Made by a program: the position numbers and the translations under genes. This document shows, piece by piece, positions 35,856 through 48,890 of a stretch of DNA of 64,000 bases. The DNA comes from Squalus acanthias (lineage: Eukaryota), in the NCBI GenBank assembly GCA_030390025.1, contig CM059431.1, forward strand, positions 134,852,001-134,916,000. The letters are read 5' to 3'. Position 1 is the first letter of the stretch. Each line of letters begins with the position of its first letter. Below the pieces are notes generated by a model, which was given only the letters and a program-made list of their open reading frames with translations, did no database searches and had not been told where the DNA came from.

Positions 35856-36128
35856 TTTGAACTACCCAATCAAACTCTATCCTTCCCCTGTATCCTTCCC
35901 TCATTGTTCCCGTTACTCAACTCACCCTTAGCCCTCCATCCACTCCCCTCACTCACATTAACTCCCCGCAAGAGCATGTGATGAGGCCAGAGGACCCTTC
36001 ACCCTCATCCTGTTTCCTTCCTCCCTTCCAGTCCTCACCATTTTCCTCAAAGAGGCTTTGTTCGTTTTAAAAATTCAACTTGTTTTTAAAAATAGAAATC
36101 AAATTATGAGTAAAGCTCATGTCTGTCT

Positions 36129-36433
36129 GACCTAGAAATTGGTCCATGCAGTGTCTGTTGTTCAGGTACTACTCAGACTACCAAGGACCCAATATGATGG
36201 GCAGGAACTATTTGCATATTTCCTGCCGGAAGTGCACAACCCACCATACTGAGCAAGGACAAACAAGAGGCGCCTTATACGCATGCCTGATGCAGGTGTT
36301 GGGCCCTTTGCATATTCAAATAAAGGGCCTAATGCCGGTCAGAGGTCCCCTCTCCAAGATTGGTTTGGCGTGAGGCAGCCAGAGCCATCGCGTACCATGC
36401 GCCCAAAGATAGGTGCACCTGAATTTCTGGACC
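36129..36433. mobile_element. Degraded Harbinger-type MITE
   Basis: Imperfect TIRs GACCTAGAAATTGG and GAATTTCTGGACC. Confidence 0.5.
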
Positions 36434-37272
36434 TCTATCAATCAATTTTCAGCAATTACAATGTTTATATTCTCTAATTATCAATAAAACACAAGAAAGA
36501 TTTGAGACCCTCGGCTTTGTTTTTATTGAAAAATTAACTAAAATTGTCTCCCTCAACTTTGTATGCTTTCTGAACTTTACAGAACACAAAAGCGATGGTA
36601 AGTGCATAAGCAACACTCATGTTTTTCTCCCACTTTCTTTCACACACAGTTTTAAAAATGAATTACACCTCGGTAAAGCCTTTGAAATGTTTCCTCTAGC
36701 AGTTCTTTAAAAAAATTTGAAAAATAATTGAGTAAAAGAATATTCTGTCAGTACAGCTGAGAGAACGGCACTGATGCAGCCCAAGAAATTAGGTAAACTG
36801 CACATACTCAAACTTCACAATCTATATTCAGCAAATAGAATCTGGGCAAAATGATCAAGTCCAGGTCTTCGGGAGAGGCTGAGGCCTTCTAGTAAAAGCT
36901 TCAATGAAGGCGACAAAAAAATGATAAATATTTCTAATGAATTAACTTTTAAGATTATGAAATACGTATTTTTGATTTAATTGATAGAAAATATCCTCTC
37001 AGCCTCTAAACTGTTTATATTTTTCATATGTATGGCTCCACCTAATGAACTGTTTCAACATGAAGTCGTGGCTTTGCTAAATCACATGTACTTTAATGTT
37101 AATTAATGGGATACCAAACTAAAGTTATGAATTGGATTTTGTGAATGAATGAAAACGAACAAGATAAAAACTATAAACTGTGAACTACTACAACTCATCC
37201 TCCAAGCTTTAAACAACTAAATCAGCTGTTCTGATTAAAGTTACACGATAGCCAGAAAGCTCACACTGATAA

Positions 37273-37689
37273 CACGGTGGCATAGTGGTTAGCACTGGTG
37301 CCTCACAGCGCCAGGGACCCGGGTTCGAATCTGACCTCGGGTGACTGTCTGTGTGGAGTTTGCACATTCTCCCCGTGTCTGCGTGGGTTTCCTCCGGGTG
37401 CTCCGTTTTCCTCCCACAGTCCAAAAATGTGCGGGTTAGGTTGATTTGGCTATGATAAATTGACCCTTAGTGTTAGGGGGGGATTAAATATGTGGGGTTA
37501 TGGGGATAGGATATGTTAGGGGGAATTAAATACGTGGGGTTACGGGGGTAGGGTGGGATATGTGTACTGTGGGGATTAAAGCAGGGATAGGGTACTGGAC
37601 TTGGATGATCAGCCATGATCGTATTGAATGGTGGAGCAGGCTCGACGGGCCGAATGGCCTACTCCTGCTCCTAGATTCTATGTTTCTAT
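37273..37689 (+). mobile_element. V-SINE (HE1-like) with a CR1-derived 3' tail
   Basis: A box TGGCATAGTGG, B box GGTTCGAATC, V-domain TGTGTGGAGTTTGCACATTCTCCCCGTGTCTGCGTGGGTTTCCTCCGGGTGCTCC, and a tail matching the CR1 3' ends in this window. Confidence 0.92.
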
Positions 37690-38439
37690 AACCAGCGATG
37701 GATAAAAGGTTTAAAAAACAGTTTTAGATACCTGCAATATATAACCAATGTATACATAAATACACAACACATTTTCTACTTTTCAAAAAAGATATCATAC
37801 AAACGTCTTTCTCTCAAGTACAACAAATTTACAAAAAGAAATCAACTTTGATGATTTAGAGTCCTGATTTACAGGACATCCTAGATACTAATATTTCACA
37901 TTTTTATCAATATTGGTTTAATACAATATTGAGACATTTGAAGAAGTAAACACATCAATTAAGTGTTCACATTAGGGATGGTGCAATACCAAGAAAGTGA
38001 TTCAGTGGGATGCTACTTGGAGACAGGGTGAGCACAGGACAGCTGCTTTGTGAAACTGGTCTAGTCTGTGTATATATGCAATTAGAAATTTAAAGATTAG
38101 TTGTGCGGGTATGGCCAACTGCGTCTTCATCAAGGATACAACAATGCTGAAAGGAATATATTAGCTACATATCAAACAACCAATCTGCAAACCCTCCCCC
38201 CACAATCACACACACACTCAAATGGTATTACAGTGCACTCAAACAAAAAATAAAAATCACCATTTTTATAAACTCTTAACCAGTTCAGATTTGAGCCTGC
38301 ATTCTTTTTGCTATGAAAAATCAGTGGTTATACAAAACTCAGACCAAATATAGACAAGGAAGGAAAATTGCTTTTAATTTTGAAGCGGTTTACGCATAAT
38401 TTATTAAAAGAAATTACAACAGAACAGGAAAGAAACATA

Positions 38440-39616
38440 GGGGGAAAAATTCATGTTTGCCAGCAAAGTTGTCGGTGTCACCGGGCCAGTGTCGCCCCCA
38501 CCACCTGGCTCCAGTGCCCAAAGAAGCTTCATGACCTCAGACCACTGGTCAAGGTCAGTGAATGCATCTTCAAAAGCCGTCTCCTACCAACTGCACCACT
38601 AGCCTCACACACTGCTCCATGCACAAACCTCAATCACTCACCTACCACAATCTGCACCAATGACGAGGCACATCTCCCATTCCTAGCATCACCTCACCCC
38701 CTTGGAGACGAAGGTGCAGGCCATTCTTGGCAGGAGCATGGTTGAGCCCTTGGCCAGCGGCGGGGCTGAATGATGCTGGTATCCTCGTACGTTATCCTCC
38801 TTCTGGCATGCACCTCTTGCTTTCTGCCCTCCCGTCAGCACAACTCCACCCTTGTGCCTTTCTCATTTCACACACCCAAGAAATGCAGCCTGCCCAGCCA
38901 GTGGGTCAACAAGAGGCAGCCCAGTGGGACCGCAGGGGGATGATTCTATCCCGGATATCCCGGCCACAAAGGGGCTGTCTGGGATGCATTCTTCCGTCTG
39001 ATTCCTCATCTTCGGCATCTTCCTCTTCCTTCTGCAAGCGGATGCTGTAAATGTGAAATGACAGCATAAAATGCTGGAAATACTCAGTTGGTCAGGCAGC
39101 ATGTCGACCTGAGACGTGAACTCTGTTTTTCTCTCCACTGATGTTGCGTAACCTGCTGAGTATTCGCAGTATGTTCTGCCTTCTCAAAGGCCTTCATTTA
39201 CCATCCGAGCTCTTGCAAGTGTGCAGCAGCACTCCCTACACACTTAAAAAACTTTTCACATATAATGCAGCAAGCCACCACTTCAATAAAATCAAAAAAC
39301 AGTCCAAACCCTTAAATTCAAACTTACCTGAATGATGTGTGTGTCCCTTTAAGAGCTGCAGACATCTCCACTGTCAGCCTGCTTGCACGCCTGGCGTGCT
39401 TAGGACCCAGTGCTAGGGACGAAGTTCGTGTTGGTGGCATTGCACGCCGATTGACGTCATCACGCCACCATTTCTTTTCCAGGGCGCTGCCAGTTACCGG
39501 CAGCAATATGGCGGCCACCGTGGACTCACCACCAGATGGCGAAAGAGCGGCAGCTGCCACTTTATCGCCATTTCATGGCGCTACAGAGTGTCGGTAAGGA
39601 GATAAATTTCTAGTCC
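38440..39616. mobile_element. Internally deleted Harbinger element
   Basis: ATA flanks at 38437-38439 and 39617-39619 with imperfect TIRs. Myb remnant TWLQCPKKLHDL..VK followed by donor GTCAGT on +, and a transposase acidic-tail remnant on -. Confidence 0.65.
39047..39180. mobile_element. Degraded inverted Penelope-terminus element
   Basis: Same inverted arms as 19006-19220 (ATGCTGGAAATACTCAG and CTGCTGAGTATT). Hammerhead core mostly lost. Confidence 0.7.
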
Positions 39617-39625
39617 ATAATCCCG

Positions 39626-39960
39626 GGGGACTGGGTAGCACTGAGGGTTAGAGGTTTGCTTTGTACCTCTAGAAATTGGGTTCAAATTGAGCCCAGAGTA
39701 AAGGGATGAAAACTTTCTCGATCTGCTGTTACAAGAAATGTGTTCGTGCAGTCTCAATCTCACCCCTGCAGGGCCCCAAATCACAAGACTGACCCCAAGG
39801 TTGCAATAATTAACACTAAATGGGCAACTCCACTCAGGAGTGACTGGTATGCAAAATGGAAGAGTGTCATACTGGCACATTGGGGCTCATCAGATGTTGG
39901 GGCAGAGTAGAGGGAGCTTTACTCATCTAGCCACACTATACCTAGTGAGGGACGAGCGTG
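39626..39960 (+). mobile_element. LF-SINE-related degraded SINE
   Basis: GGGGACTGGGTAGC...CTTTGTACCTCTAG...GGGTTCAAATTGAGCCCAG...GGGGCAGAGTAGAGGGAGCTT is collinear with the LF-SINE consensus as recalled. Confidence 0.55.
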
Positions 39961-41554
39961 AGAACGACCCAGAGTGCCCAAAGTAGGAAGCATTCCATTT
40001 CCCAATGTTGACATGCTGAATGAACAAAAGAACTCGCAAGTTAAAAAAATCTTACTTGAAACCACTGTGAAAAGCCCAAATCAGGAAAAGAAAATGGTAC
40101 AACAGCACTGGTTTATTCTTGATATTCTGCTAATTGAGAGCATTTTATAAATTATTTAAAACAAGCATTTTAACAATACAGAGTTTCTGTGTCAGAGAGT
40201 TAATTAGTGCCTAAAGACAGAAATGAATTAACAAAATATATTCCAGTAACAATACATTCGGTGCCAGCTGGATTGCTAGCCTGCATGGACAGCAGTGACC
40301 ACAATTCTCTGCATTTTTGCCTCTATTGAGAAACAGAAATTTGAACCAAATAATCAGGGACGATACAATTTTTTTTTTACAAATAGAACTACTCAGAACA
40401 CATCCCTGGACTACTTAGGCCAATTTCTACAAGATAAACCTCCAATTTCAGGAATCTATGAAGTATATAAACAGGTGCTAGTGTTTCTCTGCACAAACAT
40501 AGAATCATAGAAATTTACAGCACAGAAGGAGGCCATTCAGCCCATTGTGTCTGTGCCAGCCGAGAAGGAGCTAGCCAGCCTAATCCCACTTTCTAGCTCT
40601 TGGTCCGTAGCCTTGTAGGCTACAACACTTCAAGTGCATATCCAAGTACTTTTTAAATGTGATGAGGGTTTCTGCCTCTACCACCCTTTCAGGCAGTGAG
40701 TTCCAGACCCCCACCACTCTCTGGGTGAAAAAAGTTCTTCTCAACTCCCCTCTAATCCTTCTACCAATGACTTTAAATCCATGCCCCCTGGTTATTGACC
40801 TCTCTGCTAAGGGTAATAGGTCCTTCCTATCCACTCTATCTCGGCCCCTCATAATTTTATACACCTCAATCAAGTCTCCCCTCAGCCTCCTCTGTTCCAA
40901 TGAAAACCTCAGCCTATCCAATCTTTCCTCATAGCTAATATTCTCCAGTCCTGGCAACATCCTCGTAAATCGTCTCTGTACCCTCTCTCGTGCAATCACA
41001 TCTGTAGTGTGGTGACCAGAACTGTACGCAGTACTCTAGCTGTGGCCGAACTAACATTTTATACAGTTCAAGCATAACCTCCCTGCTTTTATATTCTATG
41101 CCTCGGCTAATAAAGGAAAGTTTCCAATATGCCTTCTTAACCACCTTATCTACCTGTTCTGTTACCTTCAGGGATCTATGGACATGCACGCCAAGGTCCC
41201 TCTGTTCCTCTACACCTCTCAGTATCCTACCATTTTTTGTGTATTCCCATGCCTTGTTGGCCCTCCCCAAATGCATTACCTCACACTTCTCTGGATTGAA
41301 TTGAATTTGCCACTTTTCTGCACACCTGATCAGTCCATTGATAGCTTCCTGCAGTCTACAGCTTTCTTCCTCACTATCAACCACACGGCCAATTTTTGTA
41401 TCATCTGCAAACTTCTCAATCATGCCTCCTACATTGAAATCTAAATCATTGAGGTATACCACAAAAAGGAAGGGACCTAGTACTGAGCCCTGCGTAACCC
41501 CACGGGAAACAGCCTTCCAGTCACAAAAACACCAGTCGACCATTACCTTTTGCT

Positions 41555-41701
41555 ATAATAAAGACAGAACTGACGAAAGGTCATCGACTTGAAACGTTAA
41601 CTCTGTTTCTCTCTTCACAGATGCTGCCTGACCTGCTGAGTATCTCCAGCATGTTCTGTTTTTATTTCAGATTTCCAGCATCTGCAGTATTTTCTTTTTG
41701 T
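41555..41701 (+). mobile_element. Penelope-terminus insertion with hammerhead core
   Basis: 13-bp TSD ATTACC(T/C)TTTGCT at 41542-41554 and 41702-41714. CTGACGA at 41570 and GAAACGTT at 41591. Confidence 0.8.
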
Positions 41702-42962
41702 ATTACCCTTTGCTTCCTGCCACTGAGCCAATTTTGGATCCACTTGATACTTTTCTGACCAGTCTGCCTTGTTGGACCTTGTCAAAAGCCTTGCTAAAAT
41801 CCATGTAGACTACATCAAATGTGCTACCCTCATCAAGCCTCCTTGTTATCTCCTCAAACAATTCAATAAAGTTGGTCAGACACGACCTTCCCTTTACAAA
41901 TCCATGCTGACTGTCGTTGATTAATTCGTGCCTTTCTAAATGACGATTAATATGGTCCCTCAGAATTTTTTCAAATAATTTGCTCACCACCGACCTTAGG
42001 CTGACTGGCCTGTAATTACTCAGTCTTACTCCTTTTTTAAACAACGGTTAAACATTAGCAGTCCTCCGACACCACACTTGGAGCCAGAGAGGATTGGAAA
42101 ATGATGGTTAGAGCTTCTGCTATTTCCTCCCTTGCTTCTCTTAACAGCCTGAGATACATTTCATCCAGGCCTGGCAATTTAGCAATGGTAAACCCCTTGA
42201 TACTTCCTCTCTCAATATGTTTAGCTCATCTAATATTTCATACTCCTCCTCAACTACAATGTCTGCATCGTCCCTCTCTTTTGTGAAGACAGACGCAAAG
42301 TATTCATTAAGAACCATACCCACGTCTTCTGCCTCCACACACAAGCTATATTTTGGTCTCTAATAGGCCCTACTCTTTCTTTAGTTATCCTCTTGCTCTT
42401 TATGTATTTATAAAACATCTTTGAGTTTTCCTTGATTTTATTTGCCAATATTTTTTCATGCCCTCTCTTTGCTTTCCTAATTGCCTTTTTAATTTCACCC
42501 CTGCACTTTCTATACTCCTCTAGACTTTCTGCAGCATTTAGCTCTTGGTATCTGACAGAAGCTTCCCTTTTTTGCCTTATCCTACCCTGTCTGCCCCTCA
42601 ACATCCAGGGGGCTCTAGATGGGAGTCCCACCCTTTTTCTTTGTGGGAACATCTTTGCTCTGAACCCTCACTATCTCCTCCTTGAATGCCTCCCACTGCT
42701 CTGGCACTGATTTACCTTCAAGTAGCTGTTTCCAATCCACTTTTGCCAAATCACATCTCAGCTTAGTAAAATTGGCCTTTCCCCAATTGAGAACTTTTAC
42801 TCCTGGTCTATCTTTGTCCTTTTCCATAACTACGCTGAATCTAACTGAATTATGATCACTACCACCAAAATGCTTTCCCACTGATACCCCTTCCACCTGC
42901 CCAGCTTCATTCCCTAAAACCAAGTCCAGAACTGCCCCCTCTCTTGTTGGACTTGCTACATA

Positions 42963-43381
42963 CAGGAAACTTTCGTTTATCCGGCATCGACGGGACCGGC
43001 GTGGTGCCGGTTTATCGAAAGTACCGGATAACAGAGAGTTATATCTACCGAGGCTATTTTTAACAAAGAGACTCCAAGCAGCACGGGAGAATCTACTCCT
43101 GCTACTGCAATGTTTCGGACTTGCGACAGCGCCAGGAGGCCAAGTAGTGGTACTTTTGAAAAGTACCCCTACTGACTAAATCGGCGTTCGCGGACTCGGA
43201 CTCGGGATCGGCAACATTGCCGGTTATTTGAGAGGATTTTTCGGAGCACTCGGCGTTCGCGGAGACTCGACTGCGACTCGGCAACATTGCCGGTTATTTG
43301 AGAGGAGTTTTCGGAGGATGATTTTTGCCGGTTAAGCGAGAATTCCGGATATTTGAGTGCCGGATAAACGAAAGTTTCCTG
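42963..43381. mobile_element. Tc1/mariner-superfamily (Tigger/pogo-like) MITE, 419 bp
   Basis: Perfect 24-bp TIR CAGGAAACTTTCGTTTATCCGGCA, TA TSD, and an internal direct repeat of about 70 bp. Confidence 0.92.
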
Positions 43382-44470
43382 TACTGGCTAAAAAAGTTCT
43401 CCTGGATGCATTTTAAGAATTCTGCGCCCTCTATACACCAATTCTTTTACACTAATTCTGTCCCAGTTAATATTAGGGTAGTTGAAATCCCCTGCTATTA
43501 CTGCCCTATTGTTTTTGCACTTCTCAGAAATTTACCTACATATTTGTTCTTCTCGGACTATTTGGGGGTCTATTGTACACTCCAAGTAGTGCGATTGCCC
43601 CTTTTTTGTTCTTAAACCGATATGGCCTCATTTGATGATCCTTCTAACATATCATCCCTCCTCACAGCTGTAATTGTTTCTTTAACCAATATTGCAACCC
43701 TCCTCCTTTTTTTATCCCCTCTCTATCTTGTCTGAAAACCCTGCAACTGGAAATGCTGAGCTGCCACTCCTGCCCTTCTTTCAGTCATGTTTCAGTCATA
43801 GCTATATCATCATACTTCCACATGTCTATCTGTGCCCAAGGCTCATCTGCCTGTACATATAAATACAAAATATAAATCTGTGACCCAGCCACGCAGGACA
43901 CACTTTGTCACTGAAGTTATTGCATCTTTGCACAAATTCATTTTAGAAAAGAACCACCATTTGATAGAAATTATTCTCCTTTCCAGAAAGCAAACTTGTT
44001 GAAAGATAATGATCCACAGTCTTCAAAAGAAATAAATTACTTAATTAGGGAAGTTGTGTGCTGTAAGCCTGTCACTGGGAATTGGATTGAAACTACTTAA
44101 ACCCATTTCACAACCAAATCCAGTACTGTTCTCATCTGACGTACACAGAGTTTCCAGCAGTGTCACTGGCTATTGGTCAGGAGCAGGAACCTGGCCAAGA
44201 TCAGCTAAATTTGCAAGACCAGAGACTGAATCTATTACCTTCCTGGTATATATGGCATCATGTACTGAGTGAATGAGTGAGTGAGTGAGTGAGTGAGAGT
44301 GAGTGAGCCGCCAGGATACCTGCAGTAGAATGTTTAAACTGGTACAGTCTTAAGGAGTGTGAAAAATAAAAAATGCCACCTTTGAAACTATAGTGGAGTC
44401 CAAGATATAAATTAGGACAAACTGGTTCTATATTTACAACAATCATGTAAACCAAACTTTTAGCACATAC

Positions 44471-44645
44471 CTGCACATAATGCCGCAGAACATAAATAAC
44501 TTCTCCTTTGCCAGCTTTCTCAGACAGGACCTTGTGGAATTTAGAAAATTCTTTTGTGCCAATTTCAGCATACAAGATGACAACAGGAGCTTCAGCATTC
44601 TTTGTTGGAAATGTATGGTCCCCTTTAAACAAGTATGGTTTGGGC
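44471..44645 (-). CDS. UGGT2: UGGT2-like internal exon (175 nt, probably exon 5)
   Basis: Translates as (R)PKPYLFKGDHTFPTKNAEAPVVILYAEIGTKEFSKFHKVLSEKAGKGEVIYVLRHYVQ. Acceptor TACAG, donor GTATGT. Its first base completes the AG|G codon of the previous exon. PVVILYAE and FHKVLSEKA fit UGGT2 rather than UGGT1. Confidence 0.96.
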
Positions 44646-45062
44646 CTGTAAACAGAAGTTAGTTAGAAGTTCTAAGATCTGCCCTACATTTTTTAAAAAA
44701 AATCACAGTTCAACTGCTTTAACATTTCTCTCTGAATGAGGTTAAGTAGATTTCATTTAACATACTTTAGAAAATAATTATAGCATTATGATAATCCCTA
44801 CCAGAAAATCAATATGGCATGCACTGGCTTTAAAATGTCAATAGTTTGTGAAGTGGGAAAATTAAAATCAAAAAGGTTTGCATGTAAGGATGTCAAAACA
44901 GTCAATCATGAATGGGATGAAATTAATGGTTTAGCAGAAGGTAGCTTGTAGAAAGTATTTTTCTGACTGTCTGAGCTTCCTCCCTCCTTCCCAAAGCACA
45001 TTCCTGACATTTACTACATTCCTTCGCTTACTACTGTGGACAACTCGGAACCCGACAAATTG

Positions 45063-46115
45063 ATAGGAACATAGAAACAGGAGTAGGCCATTCAGCCCCT
45101 CAAGCCTGTTCTGCCATTCAATTAGATCACAGCTGATCTGTAGCTCAATCCCACTTACCTGCCTTTGCTCCATATCCCTCAATACCGTACCCAACAAAAA
45201 TCTACTCAATCTCAGCCTTGAAAGTTTCAATTAACCCAGCATCCACAGCCTTTTGGGAGAGAGTGTTCCACCTTTCTACTACCCTTTGTGTTGTAAAAAC
45301 ATTACTTGATTTCACGCCTGAATGGCCTGGTTCTAATTTTAAGAGTGTACTCCTTAACCATAAGAATTTAAGAAATAGGAGCAGAAGTAGGCCATACGAC
45401 CCCTTGAGCCTGCTCCGCCATTCAATAAGATCATGACTGATCTTCTACCTCAACTCCACTTTCCTGCCCTATCCCCATATCTCTTGATTCCCCTAGTGTC
45501 CAAAAATCTATCGGTCTCAGTCTTGAATATACTCAACGACTGAGCATCCACAGTCCTCTGGGGTGGATAATTCCAAAGATTCACAATCCGCTGAGTGAAG
45601 AAATTTCTCCTCATCTGTCTTAAATGGCCGGCCCCTTAACCTGAGACTATGCTCCCTAGTTCAAGACTCTCCAGCCAAGGGAAAGAAGCTCTCAGCATCT
45701 ACCCTGTCAAGCCCTCGAAGAACTTTATACGTTTCAATGAGATCACCTCTCATTTTTCTAAACTCCAGAGAATATAGCCCCATTCTACTCAATCTCTCCT
45801 CATAGCACAGCCCTCTCATCCCAGGAATCAATCTAGTGAACCTTCGGTGCACCCCTTCCAAGACAAGTATATCCTTTCTTAGGTAAGGAAACCAAAATTG
45901 TACACAGTACTCCAGGTGGGGTCTCACCAAAGACCAGGAGGAAATAGTTTGTCTTCATCTATCCTATCGAATCTTTTTATCATTTTAAACACCTCGATTA
46001 GATCACCCCTCAATCTTCTGTACTCAAGGGAATACAGGCAAAGTTTATGCAACCTATCCTAATAATTTAACCCTTTTAGCCTCAGCATCATCCTGTGCTG
46101 CACCCCCAAGGCCAG
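45063..46115 (-). mobile_element. Cluster of CR1 3' fragments
   Basis: Two CR1 tails (about 45063 and 45360) and VRPHLEYCVQFW...MRGDLIETYK frames. Confidence 0.85.
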
Positions 46116-47131
46116 TATAAACTTAATGATGTAATATTACTATTCAAAGCTGTAAAATGATGCGCAAAATGATGGGAATGTGTTTTGGAAGAAGAGACCC
46201 AAGAAACTAAACTTTAATTTACCAATTCACAAACTATTGACATTTTAAATGAGTATAACTGATAATTTAAAAAGTTATTTTCCACAACAAATAGAGAGTG
46301 AATCAATACAATCAAATTTTAACAATTTATTCAGCACTAATGCAGCTAATTCTGAAGTCATCCTCAATTTTCAAATCCATGTTAAATCTTTCCCATAAAT
46401 TAACATGTAGAATAAAATCTCTTCTTTAGGATATTCTCTAATACATGAACATATTTTAGTTCTAAATTTCTGTAAATAGCAGGTATTTTATTTTTAATTT
46501 CAGGTTTTACATAAATGGGAGGATTTTTGTTCCAATTGCCACCCTTTTTCCAGCGGTCTTGGGGAGGTGAATGGAGGAAATTGGGTCAGGAGGGGGCTCC
46601 GACCAAATCCCTGCATCCCTGCAAGATTTTCAGCCACCTCCACTACTCCCAGTGTCAGCCACCAGCCCATTGCCCACCCTCCCAAACATAAATGAGTGAG
46701 GGGGTAGGCCGTAGGATGCCAACAAAATTTCCTCCGTTCTGAACCTCGGTACCACCAAGGGAGGGGAAGGCCAGATGGAAGGAGACGGCGGAAGCAGGCA
46801 GGTGGAATCATTTTTATAGCTGTAATCTGGACTCATTCAGAGCCCATTTAAAATGTCAACCTGTACATAGAGGGCTTCTGCCCCCTTTCATCCTTGCCCC
46901 GCCGAAGCACTACAATATTTTTCTCCCAGACTCCCACTGTAGAGCAGAGATACAGCAGGAAGACTACCTTGCATACTTAATTCAACCTCACCCAGGAAAA
47001 TGGGTCAGGGTCACAGAGGGTTTGGACTGGCAGGTGGCAGTCCCATCTGACCCACTTCCAGTGCCAATCTTTCCCTTAAAGTAACACCCTCACTGCCCTG
47101 CACTGGCAGTGACATAGATTAGAAGCTCCAA

Positions 47132-47157
47132 ATATATATATATATATATATATATAT
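47132..47157. repeat. (AT)n microsatellite
   Basis: Uninterrupted AT dinucleotide run. Confidence 0.95.
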
Positions 47158-48890
47158 TACACACACACTTTGCGCACTGAGACAAGAGTTTTTTTTTTAA
47201 ATACAATCTTCCAGGTCAAATTATTTTCCATTATGGTCTAGGTCATCAACAGCAATTACTTTTTACATTTTATAGAAAATAAATTCATGACAATTAAAGG
47301 CATATCAAAAATGTTTGCAATGAATCTTATTCTATGCAATGTTTATTATCAAGACAAATCACATTAAATGAGTCTAGTTTTAAGCAGAAATGCCCATTAT
47401 TGTAGAATTGTTTGAAAAAGAACATTTTGAAATTTGGTTTGCCTATTACAAACGTGCACACAATTGGATTCAGTTGCACCAATACTTATTTGAGCACCAG
47501 TACACAATTATTCCTATTAATTAAAAATTTAATAAGTGGATCATACACTTAACAGAAATCAATATCATAACTTGAATCTGTAAAATTACTGCAGTTGCAA
47601 GATGAGCTTTCTATTATACTCTTTTTAAATAATGGGAGCTCTTCCTCCACAACGCAGATTTCAGCAAACCTTCTGATGCTGTGCCATAAAAGCAATTAGT
47701 TCACAAGGTAGGAAGACATCAGTTGGATACAAGCTGCTTAGGTGAACTGAAAATTGGCAAAAATCAATGCAAATGGTGACTGTGAATCGAGCTGCATCAA
47801 CATGGCATGTGGTCACTAGTGCGGTGCCACTGGGATCAGTGCAGTGGCCATTTACATTTACAGAGCATAAATAATACGAAGCTCTGTATGAAACAAAGCT
47901 AAATTTGCAGATGACACCTGTTCTGGTTACATTGAGCTTCATTGGAACAGTGCAAGAGGCCGAGGTCAGAGTGGGAGTGGAGCAGAGAATAAAAGTGACA
48001 GGCAGCCGGAAGCTCGGGGTCACGCTTACGGATTGAACGGTGGAGTTCCGCAAAGCGGTCCCCCAATCTGCGTTTGGTCTCCCAAATGTAGAGGAGACCG
48101 CATCGTGAGCAGCGAATACAGTATACCAAACTGCAAGAAATACAAGTAAATCGCTGTTTCACTTGGAAGGAGTGTTTGGGGCCCTGGACAGTGGGAAGGG
48201 AGGAGGTAAAAGGGCAGGTGTTGCATCTTCTGCGTTTGCACGGGAATGTGCTGTGGGAAGGGAAGGGGGTGTTAGGGGTGATTGAGGACTGGACCAGGGT
48301 GTCACGGAGGGAACAGTCCCTTCGGAATGCAGAAAAGGGAGGGGAGGGGAAGATATGTTTGGGGGTGGGATCATGCTGGAGGTGGTGAAAATGGCAGAGA
48401 ATGATCCGTTGAATGTGGCGGCTGGCGGGGTGAAAAGGTGAGGACAAGGGGAACCCTATTGTGGATCTGGGAAGGAGGGGAAGGGGTGAGAGAAGAAGTG
48501 TGGGAAATGGAATGGTCACGGTCGAGGGCCATGTCAACCACGGTAGAGTGGAATCCTCAGTTGAGGAAAAAGGAAGACATATCGGAAGCACTAGTATGGA
48601 AGGTGGCATCGTCAGAGCAGATGTGACTGAGACGGAGAAACTGGGAGAATGGAATAGAGTCCTTACAGGAAGCAGGATGGGCTTATAGTGAATGTTTGTC
48701 GATAGTTTATCCCCAGAAATGAAGAAAGAGAAGTCGAGGAAGGGAAGGGAATAGTCAGAGATGGACCATGTGAAAGTGAGTGAAGAGTGGAAATTGGAAG
48801 CAAAGTGAATGAAATTTTCTAGTTCAGGGCGAGAGCAAGAAATGGCACAGATACAGTCATCAATGTACCGGAAAAAGAGGTGAGGGAGGG

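Larger units (their letters stand above)
40496..43853 (-). mobile_element. CR1 LINE ORF2 (endonuclease to tail), degenerate
   Basis: Endonuclease and RT fragments in several minus-strand frames, with the tail at about 40496. Interrupted at 41555-41701 and 42963-43381. Confidence 0.92.

Noticed and set aside
35357..35981. Extensin-like proline-rich ORFs
   Set aside because: They are translations of a C-rich minisatellite with no supporting splice or start context.
37273..37345. tRNA gene
   Set aside because: The A and B boxes continue into a V-domain and CR1 tail, so this is a SINE head. The same logic applies to the head at 59002.
44258..44470. Extension of the UGGT2 ORF beyond RHYVQ
   Set aside because: This is read-through past the GTATGT donor into intron sequence and a GAGT microsatellite.
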